Origin: Mycobacterium leprae TN
GTDB taxonomy: Bacteria > Actinomycetota > Actinomycetes > Mycobacteriales > Mycobacteriaceae
Direction of reading: 5' to 3'
Length of the DNA stretch: 32,000 nt
Assembly: GCF_000195855.1 (NCBI RefSeq)
Contig: NC_002677.1
Span: forward strand, 2,580,001-2,612,000
The translations under genes were made by a program, and so were the position numbers. The notes below the pieces were generated by a model. That model ran no database searches. It had not been told where the DNA came from and was given only the letters and a program-made list of their open reading frames with translations. Positions 1 to 10,068 of the stretch are shown here, piece after piece; the first letter of the stretch is position 1; every line of letters starts with the position of its first letter.

Positions 1-865
1 TCAATCGTGGGGGAACAATACAACGCGCCGTAAATCCCTCAGGGCACCACAGTGTCCTGCATCGACCGCAACTTATTGAGCATGGCGAACGCATTCGTCT
101 GGAACGGGAACATCTCCTTGTCGCCACCGTCCTCTTAGGTGTGTATCGAGCATAGCCACTATTCGACGAATGCATCGCCACCAGCACGTCATGGTCGACA
201 CATAGCTGCCAAAACGGGCCGAACTCCGGCACCGCAAACGAACGCGGACCACAGTACCAGGTAACGGAGGACGGCCGCATCAGGATCGTCCGAGCAACGC
301 GTCGCACCACCCTAGTCCAGCTCCTCAATTGCCTTCTCGGCAATCAGCAAGCTGGCCTACCAGGACGGTGAAAATGCGGTCATGGTAACTAAAACTCCAC
401 ACCTCGTCGAGCCACTGGTTGAGCGCGTACACCACCACATGAATCAACGGCGGGTCATCATGCACTCGCTCTTCAACCAGACTGACCAGAGTCGAGCACA
501 TCGATTAGCGGTCGACATCTAGATCATTCATCAGCTCTAGCCAGGGATCGGTCTCGTGAAAGGCCGGGAACAAACATCCGCTCGCCAAATAGCTGCTGGC
601 AGTTTTTGCCTTTCAGATTGCCATTTTTGAAGTACTCCTACATAGCCTCGAGACAGGCAACCACCTCGAACGTGGGATTACGAATGTAGTCACCGATGTG
701 GCCGCAAATCCCGATATTGGTTCGACCATTGACCTGTATGTACTGGATCGCGTCGCGGTGATGCTTCACCAGTTACTTGGTTAGCGAATCCTCCATCTCG
801 TAGAAGTGATCTTTGGCGTCAAACAGCGGATAGATCGAGTCAGCTGCTGACATAAGATCCTCCAT
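1..865 (-). pseudogene. amidohydrolase-2-like metal-dependent hydrolase pseudogene (3' part lies beyond the window start)
   Basis: Minus-strand reading from ATG 865 (or 853) gives MEDLMSAADSIYPLFDAKDHFYEMEDSLTK*. It continues with HHRDAIQYIQVNGRTNIGICGHIGDYIRNPTFEVV, then DDPPLIHVVVYALNQWLDEVW and VLVAMHSSNSGY, in shifting frames with several stops. The wording and order match mycobacterial Amidohydro_2 proteins as I remember them. No long ORF survives in the track. Confidence 0.5.
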
Positions 866-1129
866 TGCTATTTACGAAAAAATTTTTGTAAAAACGTATT
901 GAAGTGAGCTGTCGCGCTGGGCTTAGGAACAGAGGCTAAACCTCTTGACTCTGGCTGACCGGAGATACATCTTGAGGATAACGTCCGGTGGGCGCAAAGC
1001 AGGAGTCAGGGAATCCGCAGGTGATATTATTCACCCTTTACGAGAAGGTAAATATCGCAGGAGCCGTACATGGTCAACTCGAAGTTCGACTACAGGCTCG
1101 CGGTCCGCACCATTAACCATCCACACGCC

Positions 1130-2730
1130 CGCAATCCCATTATAACTAAAGAATCTGGAACAGTTCGACGCCGCGGAAGGCACCCGAACGGGTTCGCACT
1201 AGCCATTTGCAGCCAATCTAACACCCTGACGCCGCAGAGCGCGGTGGCCACTGAAATAACCCATGCTACTGCGGCCGCCGGAAGCAACCCGGCCACACAG
1301 TGGGCACACCGTAACCGCAACCTTGGCTCCCCCAACAGGTGAAGATCGACCTAGATGGCTCAGATGGGGGTGACAGCCAGGACGCTTGCCTAAGGAAAAA
1401 TTGTCCCGGGAAGGGCTATCCGGGCCAACATCGGCGATGAACTTACGATCACCGTGACGATCCGGCGCGATTATCCGACCTCAGTCCACTGACACGGTGG
1501 TCGCGTTGCCCAACGACATGGACAGCGCCGATCCCGCCATGCCAAGCAGCCCGGGCCAGCCGTGACTTTATTTATCGGTTCTCGGTGCCGAACGTGGGCA
1601 CTTACTGGGCCCATCCGCACACTGGTCTGGACGCTGATACAAAGCCTCTATCTACTAGTTATCGTCTACGATCCAACCAAGCCAGGTAACTACGACGCCT
1701 AATGACCTAATGAATTGTCGTCATGAATGATTAGACGACGGTGTCGGGAAGATCCCACAATAACTCTATGATGATCTAACCTCGCCCAAAAAGTCGAACA
1801 TGACCAAGACCATTCTGACAACGTCGACCATATCATCTGCACCAGCTACAAGCGGTACGAACCCGTCGACCGAAATTCCTGGGTCGCTGGGTAGCTACGT
1901 CGGGAAAAACGACTTGCTCGCCAGTAACGCGGTGCACATCGCCTACCCCTATTACCTGTTCAAAGGACGAATACCGGTGACTAAGAAAACATTCAAAGCG
2001 AGGCCGTGCCAGCAAATCCGGATCCGGTTTATCAATAACTGCTCCGACAAAGCTTTTCGCATTGCTCTGGTGAGGTATTCGATGAAAGTGACGGGCTCTG
2101 ACGTTTACCCCGTGGTTCCCAGGCCAACGCCCTGTTAATCGGTATGGACGAACACTACAACGTCATCGCGACCGCCGCCGACGACATCTTCCCACCGGTT
2201 GCATCAGTGGTGCATCAGTGGAAAGGAAAACTTCCTTTGCACGTGCATTATTCGTCACCGGGTTAGGAGACACACCCGACCCTCAAGTTCGTCCGGCAGA
2301 GCTAACTAAACAGGTAGGTGTCATCGAGATGTTCACCTACACAACGGTCGTCACCCCTAGATCCCACACAACTAGATATGAATCTTGCGATAGTCTTGGA
2401 TGGCAACATGATACGACACAACTGGACAATCAACGGCGAACCGTATAGCGAAACCAATCCGCTGAAAGGTACAACTGGGCCAATGTCACACGTTAAAGTT
2501 CGATAAAATCACAATTATGCGGCATCCGATGTACTTGCACCGCTATGCCATCCAGGCAACCAAGGCCGACAGTAGCCCCAACTACCACAAAGATAAGCTC
2601 ATCGTGCCGTCGAACCAGAAAATCGATGCTGTGCTGGTTGTAAATAACCGGGGAACATGGATGTTCGACTGCAACAACATCTAAGAATCAAGAAGCAGGT
2701 ATTAAGACCCTGCTGAACTACAACCTCTAG
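1130..2730 (+). pseudogene. multicopper oxidase pseudogene (Rv0846c/MmcO-like)
   Basis: Plus-strand fragments in changing frames follow the order of the mycobacterial multicopper oxidase:
- Tat/lipobox-like RRRGRHPNGFALAICS (ORF 1070-1342)
- copper motif YWAHPHTGL (1603-1629)
- YYLFKGRIPV..QIRIRFINN..AFRIAL (ORF 1800-2138)
- RKTSFARALFVTGLGDTPDPQVRPAEL..VIEMFT (ORF 2218-2448)
- WTINGEPYSETNPL (ORF 2318-2506)
- degraded copper sites HPMYLHRY and WMFDCNN

The gene ends at TAG 2728-2730. There are many stops and frameshifts. Confidence 0.75.
2200..2221. repeat. perfect 11-bp tandem duplication (tgcatcagtgg x2) inside the oxidase pseudogene
   Basis: Read directly: tgcatcagtgg at 2200-2210 is repeated exactly at 2211-2221. 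Eleven is not a multiple of 3, so the duplication shifts the frame. Confidence 0.95.
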
Positions 2731-2909
2731 CTGTCGGAGAATTTCCCGAGAAAGTCCAGCAGCAACTCATTGATTGCTGACAACTGTTCGATCTGGGGAT
2801 AGTTGCCGGCGTTGTCGACCACCACCGAGTGCCCACCCTTAACCTGCTTCGCTAATCTGATCCAACCAGCCGCCGGAGAAGAAGGAGCTTCCCTAACAAA
2901 ACGAGGCAT
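2727..2909 (-). pseudogene. C-terminal fragment of an alpha/beta-fold hydrolase (remnant)
   Basis: The 60-aa ORF reads ...GGHSVVVDNAGNYPQIEQLSAINELLLDFL. This resembles the usual alpha/beta-hydrolase C-terminus (..vvi.gaGH.p.lE.P..vn.ll..FL, with the catalytic His replaced by Asn-Tyr). I could not follow the gene upstream. Its stop overlaps the oxidase stop (ctag). Confidence 0.3.
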
Positions 2910-3246
2910 AAACTAGGCTCCTTAAAAACGTGATTCAATTAGCAGTAAAAAGAGATGGACAAGGTCGCGAAGTGACTCAATAATGTTGCACCGTCTATGC
3001 CTAGACTGGCAATTATGCAGCCCGGCACAAGACGCTAAGGAGCCGGGTTTTAACCTCGACTCCAGATCTCGACACTTACAGTACAAGGAAACTAACATAT
3101 CGAAGCTGGTTCACTCCAACACCTTCACTAGATTAGCCTTGGAACCCAAGCGATCACACGACCAGCATTCTCAAATATGGACTCATACAGTCGAAGCATC
3201 GCGCTAAGTCTAAAAACACCGATAACACCTGAAGTAGAGGTGATTA

Positions 3247-3817
3247 ATGCTCAAAAATACCCACATCATTAACAGTACAGTGTCCTTCGCTATTACTGTC
3301 AACGGCACCTCGACCGCGTTTCGCATCGACGACGCTTTCACCTGTTGGATGTACTCCAAAGGCGATCGGTTGGAACACAACCTCCCCAACTCTGGCTGGG
3401 ATTGTGCCAGGTCAGCCTTGTCAGACTTGGTCTATCGTGCACTCAGCGCCGGCATGGTTGTAGACGATACCGGTATGAAATTCAACGTCCACGGCCACAC
3501 CGACGGGGCCGGATTCCTGATACGGATCCAACGCCATTGCCGGCCATCAGCGCTTGGTGGGCCTGACCAGAGGACGACACGAACTGCTCTGGCCACCCAA
3601 TGACCTGAGCTCCAGCCAAGGCGCCCACCGCTACCTACAAGCAATCTGCTATGTCCCCAACTCGCTGTTCAACGACCTGCTGCCACCTTCGGTTATAGAA
3701 GCAAGTGCTGTCCGACTCGACACTCGATTAGTGCGATCAACGCTGCGGTTTCGCAGCCTTAGTCGCGCAGATGCAACGATCACCGCCTGCCAAGGCCTGG
3801 TCCACAATGAGGGGTAG
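3247..3817 (+). pseudogene. unknown-function coding remnant (two ORFs, 3247-3603 and 3554-3817, probably one gene split by a frameshift)
   Basis: Both ORFs show strong third-position G/C enrichment when read codon by codon, for example acc cac atc ... ggc acc tcg acc gcg. That is typical of real mycobacterial coding sequence. They overlap in different frames near 3554-3603. I recognise no family. The second ORF stops on the first TAG of the (GTA)9 tract. Confidence 0.3.
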
Positions 3818-3840
3818 TAGTAGTAGTAGTAGTAGTAGTA
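3814..3840. repeat. (GTA)9 trinucleotide microsatellite
   Basis: Counted directly: nine perfect gta units from 3814 to 3840. The minus-strand ORF 3649-4038 shows them as YYYYYYYYY. In the frame of ORF 3554-3817 the tract reads as 8 consecutive TAG codons. It matches the name and copy number of the (GTA)9 VNTR locus I recall from M. leprae strain typing. Confidence 0.95.
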
Positions 3841-4401
3841 AAAGCCCTGAAGTCTTTCCCCGCAAGCACACCACCGGCATGCATATTCCGACTTCGTCAC
3901 CGAATAGGTAGTGTCAAGCAAAGGCACTGGACCTGCCACAACACGCGCCGCCGCCAACATACAGTCCAGTACTACCGCTGGCTCGCCGGGAGCCTGCGAC
4001 ATCTTCCTCGCTGCTACCATTGTGCGGTAAGGGAACACATGTTCAGCGGACGGACAGCGGAGGCGTTATTCAGACTCGACGATTATCAGCACGCGCAATT
4101 AGCTGTGAATCAGAGAGCACTGGTGGCATTCGCGCCGACCACGGGCTTGCTGATCTGGCGAGCCTGTGGGTTTGCTGGTATTGGTTTGACGACGCCCACC
4201 ACCACATCGACCTGTCAACGATCACCGCCACCCGTAACGTTCTGGTAAACACCAACTACCCATCTGAGCCCCGCATCGATCTCGGTCAACCGTTCGTGCC
4301 GATCACGGTTACCTTGGTGATACACCTGGGTATGCTATCCTTCCGCCGACTTGCCGACCGGTTAGCTATCGTCGATCTCTATGTTTACGAAGGAAGTCCG
4401 C

Positions 4402-5910
4402 ATGTATTCTGAGTTCAACGAAATCATCGGTGGAGCAGGTTCATCGGATGCCACACTAACCGCTCGTCTGACCATCATCAGGTGGAAAATGCTGCTAGTG
4501 GAAGTTGGTCCGGATTACCCGGATAAGTCACGGTTGCCATATTATCTGCTTAACGACAAGACACCATCAATGGCGTTGCACGACTAGGGTTCGTCAGTTT
4601 CCGTGACGACAGAACAGAACTATAGCCCAGAAGGTCGTCGGCTTGTTGCTAGACGATCAAGCCGTATTACCCTGCAGCCGAGGCACTATGATTTCGCGGA
4701 CTGGAACGTCTAGTCCTGGATGGAGTTACTACCGTTCCTTCGCGGCCTGAAGGACGGCGCTGACTTCGACCGCCCTCATTACGGAACTGCAGTCCCTTTG
4801 GCCTTTCAACACAACAACTCTGCAGAGTGGTCAGCAATCTCGGCTCTGCATTGGTAAAGACCGCTGTCGCCGCAGGATTCCCCTCGGCCGCATACCACAG
4901 CACACTAGATGCGACCTGCTTGGGTGCGGTTCTGATACACATCACGGCAGACAGACGGCTGATCTCGGTGGCCGCAGCCTATCGAGACGCGGTACGCGCC
5001 AGATCGATTCTGGCAATCCTACCTAACGCATTAGTGGACAAAGCGCTTTTCTACGTGTCGCGGACCATCGGGGTACAGTTGATTTACCGATGGACAATCA
5101 CGAACCATACATGCCGACCGAATCACGCTGTAAATAGGAACCTACGGCACACTGACTATTCTACAACAACATCCGTATATTGGCCCAGCGGACCTGCTGT
5201 GTGCACTTGGCGTTGCTGTCGTTCGCCGACCGACCCGGAGTCGGTTCCAACCTCGCCGTCATTCCCAGCTCGCGGATCGGGCTACTGCCACGGCCGGGCC
5301 GCCGACTCATATGACAAAGTCGCACTGCGCTACACAGCACCCGGGTCGGCCACGCGGAATGACATACAGCTACACGGACTCAGCCATGGTGTCCTAGAGG
5401 TTTTTGCACCCCATCTCACGAGCGTCACGCCGGACCGTTGAATTTTCAATAGTAACCTCTACCCTGGATGGCTCATCGTGGGTGTGGCACTCTGCGTGCA
5501 GTATCCACCGATCCGGGCGCACCGCTGCCTCGTATCAAGATCGACTATGGCCGTGACCCAGAGAATCTGCGCCGCCAACGTGAAGGGATCTTGCTGTGCT
5601 GGGAGCTACTGCGGCAGAAAGAATCTGCGGAACGCAGCTAAGTAGACTATTGATATGGAAGAGACCATAGTGCACTCATACTCGAGGCTAAACGACGTCA
5701 TTCGTCGGGTGGCGCTACCACACCCACGGGCACCGCGCTAGGATCCCCTTGACGACCCCACAGCAGTAGTGGACAACTGCTGTTGGAAGCGATGGCCGGA
5801 GGGGACTCCGGGGTGACCAACATCTCGATCATCCCAGCGTCCCTCCGCGCACCAATGCCAACCCCTTATCAATCATGATAGGAAAACGGGTAGCGACGTG
5901 GTCCAACTGA
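4402..5910 (+). pseudogene. GMC-family FAD oxidoreductase (choline dehydrogenase-like) pseudogene
   Basis: The N-terminus MYSEFNEIIGGAGSSDATLTARL..LLVEVGPDYP (ORF 4381-4587) is a degraded FAD-binding D.IIVGAGSAG.VLA.RL..VLLLEAG motif. The C-terminal signature WRYHTHG / TPTGTALGSP and GLRGDQHLDHPSVPPRTNANPLSIMIGKRVATW ends at TGA 5908-5910. The span of about 1.5 kb fits a protein of roughly 500 aa. The interior is broken by stops and frame changes. Confidence 0.65.
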
Positions 5911-6140
5911 CCTAGAACCTCATTCGAACTTCTTTCGTACTAAAACACCACCTAGATGACCTCACTCTGTATGAAAACGAAAAAACGCCTGATATTTTCA
6001 CTTTCTCACTTACCAGCGCTAGCTATGACCAGCGACAGGATGAAGTCGGCATCACATTTCAGGGCATCTGCCGATGCTAGATTGACGCAGTCAGTTGGAC
6101 GTCGGTTACGCATCGGTGTTCACGCTGGAGGTCCGGTCAG

Positions 6141-6545
6141 ATGGGTGACGTGAATTGGGACACGCTGCAGAAGGCCGCGGTCGCGGCCAGAGCGAATTCC
6201 TATGCGCCCTACTCGAATTTCCCGGTCGGGGTAGCTGGGTTCGTCAACGACGGCCGGCTCATTACAGGGGTGAATGTTGAGAACGCTTCATACGGACTCG
6301 CGCTATGTGCCGAGTGTTCGATGATTTCGGCATTATACGCTACCGGTGGTGGCCGACTTGTTGCCGTCTACTGCGTCGACGGCAACGGGGACTCGCTCAT
6401 GCCATGCGGTCGCTGTCGCCAATTGCTTTACGAGCATGGCGGACCCGAACTGAAAATCATGACCCCGAAAGGCGTGCAGACAATGGCCCAGCTCCTTCCC
6501 CAAGCATTCAACCCGCAGGAAAGGATATTCGGAAATGACGAATAA
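6141..6545 (+). CDS. cdd: cytidine deaminase (homotetrameric type)
   Basis: Intact 134-aa ORF carrying the zinc-ligand motifs CAEC (LALCAECSMISAL) and PCGRCRQ, plus YAPYSNFPVGVAG and NVENASYGL. GGAGG lies 10 nt upstream of ATG 6141. Confidence 0.93.
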   Translation: MGDVNWDTLQKAAVAARANSYAPYSNFPVGVAGFVNDGRLITGVNVENASYGLALCAECSMISALYATGGGRLVAVYCVDGNGDSLMPCGRCRQLLYEHGGPELKIMTPKGVQTMAQLLPQAFNPQERIFGNDE

Positions 6546-8110
6546 GACCACCGTGGAGACGATCGCAATCGACGGCCGCACAGCCAGCAAGGCAACGTGG
6601 GCGATTCGGGCCGCTATGAGTTTCGGCGCCTCGTCGCACAAATGTTCAACATTGTAATCAGCCCAACGCTGCCCATGCTTAAGGCAGAACTGGATTTTTG
6701 TTCTGTCCGCACAAACTTCGACGATCACCGCCTACATCCTGGCGTTTGGTGCTGCGCTCGTCGCGGGCGGTCGCATGAGTGATCTGCTCGGCGAAGTCAA
6801 GATGATCGTCATAGGCTTCATCATTTTCAACGCCGGTCTGATAGTGTAAGCCATCACCGTGGCCGGCCCCCGTATGATCTAATAGCCGAACTATCCAAGA
6901 CATCGGTATCGGCATATCCGCCCCGGCTACCTTATCGATTGTGGTTAACTCTTTCCCTATAACCCGATAGGGGTTCGCCGCCGGCGTGTGGGGGTCCGCG
7001 CACGGATTCGGTTTCCTCATTACCCGCTGATGCTGCCTAGATGATGCAGACGCCAGCTAGCGCTGGATGTCCTGGATGGCCGTACCCGCTCCACAGCGCT
7101 GGCCATTATCGTCACTCTCGCGGCAACTCGCGAATACCAAAACGTGATAGCTGAGGAGAAATACGATGGCTTAGCCTGATTTTGAGTTACGCTGCTCGTC
7201 TTCATGCTGCAGAACTCGTCGGTGGGCTAAACTACGCAGGAAGCCTGGGGATCCCTGACGGCAAGTATCTATTTTGCTGGCGTTTTCTGTGTCGTGGAAA
7301 CCAACATCGGCCCACCCTCTGGTGGACTTCGATCTGTGGAAGGAGTACCTGTTTTCCGGCGGTTTCTTCGCCTAGAGCGCTGTCGGCTTGGTCTACATTC
7401 CATTCCGGACGTTTGTCGGGTCGGTGTTCTCTGTTCTTCATTTATGTCTAAGATTACTCACCAAGCAGGCCAGCTAGGTCATCGTGATAACAACCGTCAG
7501 CTCCATAGTTGTCCAACCATCGGCCAGCCGATGGTTGGACAAGGTCAGCCCCCGCCTCCCCATGATGGTTGCTCCGGCGATGCAAGCCATGGCCCTGGCC
7601 TGGATCGGACTATTCTTCAGACTAGACAGACCGCTGGCAGAAATGGCAATTTCGTTGGCAATCATGGTTATTAACGTGGGTATGGAGCTTCTATTATGTA
7701 ATATATGCAGCCATGTCGGCCGTGGACACCAAAATGATCCGGGATGGGATCGGTGCTCATCCAGATGACCTTAAACATTACTGCGGACCTCGATAATCGA
7801 CCGGGCACTGCGACATGTGACTGCACACTATGCCGGAACAGTCCAGAACAGCAATTTATCGCAGGCCAACGACAGCCTCGCAGCGCTATCCAACGACGCT
7901 GCCGAGGCTACCGGATCAGGTTGCGTTGGGAACTTCATCGGTGGCAATCACGAACCTCGATGTTGGTACTGCCGATTGTCGCGCTGGCAAGCGCAATCTT
8001 CGCCTAGGTGTGGACATACTCCCTCGAACTACAAATCCCCGGATTTGCGTTCCAGCACCTAAGCCTGGTAATTTCAGCGGTATCGCCGCCGATTTGCGTG
8101 CAAGGCGTTA
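6535..8110 (+). pseudogene. MFS drug/metabolite transporter pseudogene (DHA2, EmrB/QacA-like)
   Basis: ATG 6535-6537 overlaps the end of cdd. The fragments read as follows:
- KATWAIRAAMSFG..
- SPTLPMLKAELDF
- TAYILAFGAALVAGGRMSDLLGEVKMIVIGFIIFNAGLIV*AITVAG, the MFS motif-A region G.r.sD..Gr
- later PLVDFDLWKEYLFSGGFFA
- DKVSPRLPMMVAPAMQAMALAWIGLFF
- LAIMVINVGMEL

The fragments are spread over all three frames with many stops. Confidence 0.7.
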
Positions 8111-8186
8111 ATCACTGGGTTCTGCAAACTCACTGACATCATCGATCAGGGACGGATGTGATGCCCGGTTAAGCAGCGTACAGGTA

Positions 8187-8444
8187 GTGAGCGGTCCCGT
8201 CTACGACCCTAGCGTGGTTAAACTACTGGCCTTCGCAGTCAGCCACGGTGATGAGCAACTCAATCAGGCAATCGAGTTTTGCCACGGTGACGAACCTACC
8301 GTGGATCTTCTCCGCGTGATCGCCGAGCAACGTCCGGTGAAAGTTCTCAGTTGCGTGCTGACCGATGCCGAAGAGATCGTGCTTAATACTTCTATCGCTA
8401 CGACGCCCTATACATCGGAACCAGTTTGCTCAACACAGTCCTGA
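8187..8444 (+). CDS. hypothetical 85-aa ORF (GTG start); may be a remnant rather than a gene
   Basis: The frame is open with moderately G/C-rich third positions. I found no recognisable motif and no clear Shine-Dalgarno sequence. It lies between the dead MFS gene and the 3' end of the uridine phosphorylase gene. Confidence 0.2.
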   Translation: MSGPVYDPSVVKLLAFAVSHGDEQLNQAIEFCHGDEPTVDLLRVIAEQRPVKVLSCVLTDAEEIVLNTSIATTPYTSEPVCSTQS

Positions 8445-8596
8445 TACTGGTTTCGCCCAAGTTATCTGTCGTCGCGAAAACCCCTGCTAAGACCGCCGGC
8501 TTCTACCGATCAAACAGCTCTACAGTTACCATTGTTTGGTGATAAGTAACTTTGGTGCAGAACGGTTTCGCTTCATACTCGACAGGAATCAACCAA

Positions 8597-9550
8597 TCAA
8601 GCGTTGAGCAGGCTGACCTTGAGGTAGTTGAACAACGCCGCACCTAAATCTTCACTGAATTTATGTAGCTGCACGGGCGTGGCCGTTACCTGGTCACCCT
8701 CGAGCCGGTTGAGCAGTGTGCAGCAGATCATCGCGAATTTCGGAAAGCCCCAGTGATTGAGATAGCCCGCGATCATGGCGCCCTCCATCTCGATGTTACG
8801 CACACCATTCTCGTCGAGCCACCGCAGCCATGCCATCTTTGTCGTCGGTGTCTCGAAGCACACCGCGCCGTCGAGACGGAACTGTTCAAGGAAGAACTCG
8901 TTGCCGCTGACCGTCCTACCGGATACCATCGCCAAGTCATCGATGCCTTCATTGGCAGCGATGATGGCGTTGTGAGTACCAGCGGGGAAGCACCCATCGA
9001 ACCAATACTCACTGTCGCCGCCCCTGAGTAATCGGTAAGGCTGGAGATCAGCCATGAGGCCCTCAGATGACACCACCACGGTTCCGCTGGGCAGTCCGAT
9101 ACCCCCGCTGGTGCCTACCCGACACCAGAATACCTTATCTAGGGCCTCCAGGTCGCCGCGCTTGAGGAAGAACACCAAGCGCATGAGCTCCTGTAGCGCG
9201 ATCGAGGCACTGGCCATACCCATGCCGTGGGAAGCGAAGAGCACGCCGGCGGTGTACCTGGTGACGAACCGGTCCTCTTTTGAAAAGGCAATAACCCGGG
9301 AAACTTTAGACCCGCCATTCAGCTCACTCCAGCGGTCGGCAAACGTGGTGATACGCTCCCTAGTGCCGGCCAGGATGACTGCTTTGACATCGCGAAGCTC
9401 ATCGAGAGCCGGGTCGGAGGAGGCTATGCCGAAGTGATAGTAAACGTCCTCGTGGCTGCCGTCTAGGACACCGTCGAGAAATGCGTAGTTGATGTTCTCA
9501 GTCTTCACCTCGACCTCTCCGATTCGTCGAACGCAAGGAAATCTACGCAC
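8597..9550 (-). CDS. udp: uridine phosphorylase, eukaryotic (UPP1/UPP2-like) subfamily of the PNP/UDP-1 fold
   Basis: Intact ORF with motifs EDVYYHFG, SHGMGMASASIALQEL, RVGTSGGIG, FRLDGA, GVRNIEMEG and TLLNRLEGDQV. The last two are near-identical to human UPP1 as I remember it (GVRNIEMES, TLLNRLEGDQI). The track start is GTG 9550 (317 aa). An internal GTG at 9508 is preceded by GGAGAGG with a 5-nt spacer and gives 303 aa, so it may be the real start. Stop is TGA 8597-8599. Confidence 0.9.
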   Translation of the reverse strand: MRRFPCVRRIGEVEVKTENINYAFLDGVLDGSHEDVYYHFGIASSDPALDELRDVKAVILAGTRERITTFADRWSELNGGSKVSRVIAFSKEDRFVTRYTAGVLFASHGMGMASASIALQELMRLVFFLKRGDLEALDKVFWCRVGTSGGIGLPSGTVVVSSEGLMADLQPYRLLRGGDSEYWFDGCFPAGTHNAIIAANEGIDDLAMVSGRTVSGNEFFLEQFRLDGAVCFETPTTKMAWLRWLDENGVRNIEMEGAMIAGYLNHWGFPKFAMICCTLLNRLEGDQVTATPVQLHKFSEDLGAALFNYLKVSLLNA

Positions 9551-9790
9551 CGCGGGTCAAGTTGGTACAGCAACCCACGGACAACATCGGGCGTCTAGCG
9601 ATGTGGTACAGCCGTCCAAAAGACCGTAGTCTCCAGGACACACCCCGACTCGAACCATTTCGTCTGAGGTAATGGAGCTGTAAGAGTGGCCGAAATTTAG
9701 CTTGTCGTTGGTCGTTGGCATTCCTGCTGACTCCCAACGCTTTGCAGGACAAACCAGCCGTTGCCATCCCGTGGCGCATCCGGCACTACC

Positions 9791-10068
9791 CTACAAATGA
9801 ACCACCTTCAGATGGTGTTCGATCAACATTTGCACCTCAATAGAGCTAATCCGGATGCGCTTGTAATTCGTGATAACTACCCAACCACGCTCACCGACAT
9901 CGATGATCCAGTCAGAATCATCGATGCTCTTAGGAATCTTAGGAAGTAGTGCATCGATGAGGTGCCTAGCACAATAGGTGCAGTGTAGCGGAGGACCGCC
10001 ACTATGCCTTTTCCCATCCGAAGCAAATTTCTCCCACGACATGTTACGACGTCCTCAAAAACAACCAT
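9791..10068 (-). pseudogene. PIN-like (Mut7-C/DUF5615-type) toxin remnant
   Basis: Two overlapping minus-strand frames cover the region. ORF 9877-10068 reads MVVFEDVV..RNLLRMGKGIVAV, and ORF 9791-10042 reads ..IDDSDWIIDVGERGWVVITNYKRIRISSIEVQML... The D.dWi..vg.rGwvviT.dkrIR pattern is what I recall for PIN-like toxins paired with DUF433 antitoxins. The gene is frameshifted and truncated. Confidence 0.4.

Noticed and set aside
871-892. AT-rich quasi-palindrome tttacgaaaaaatttttgtaaa between the divergent amidohydrolase and oxidase genes
   Set aside because: It is imperfect (9 of 11 positions pair), and both flanking genes are pseudogenes. Any operator function is therefore moot, and it may just be a relic promoter region.
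6333-6728. 131-aa minus-strand ORF
   Set aside because: It is antisense to cdd and to the start of the MFS pseudogene, with no motif. cdd on the plus strand is unambiguous.
9640-9665. tRNA-like T-arm string (gactcgaacc, reverse complement GGTTCGAGTC)
   Set aside because: The flanking bases do not form a T-stem (AATGG versus CGGGG), and no acceptor or anticodon arms can be drawn. It is a chance match inside the toxin remnant region.
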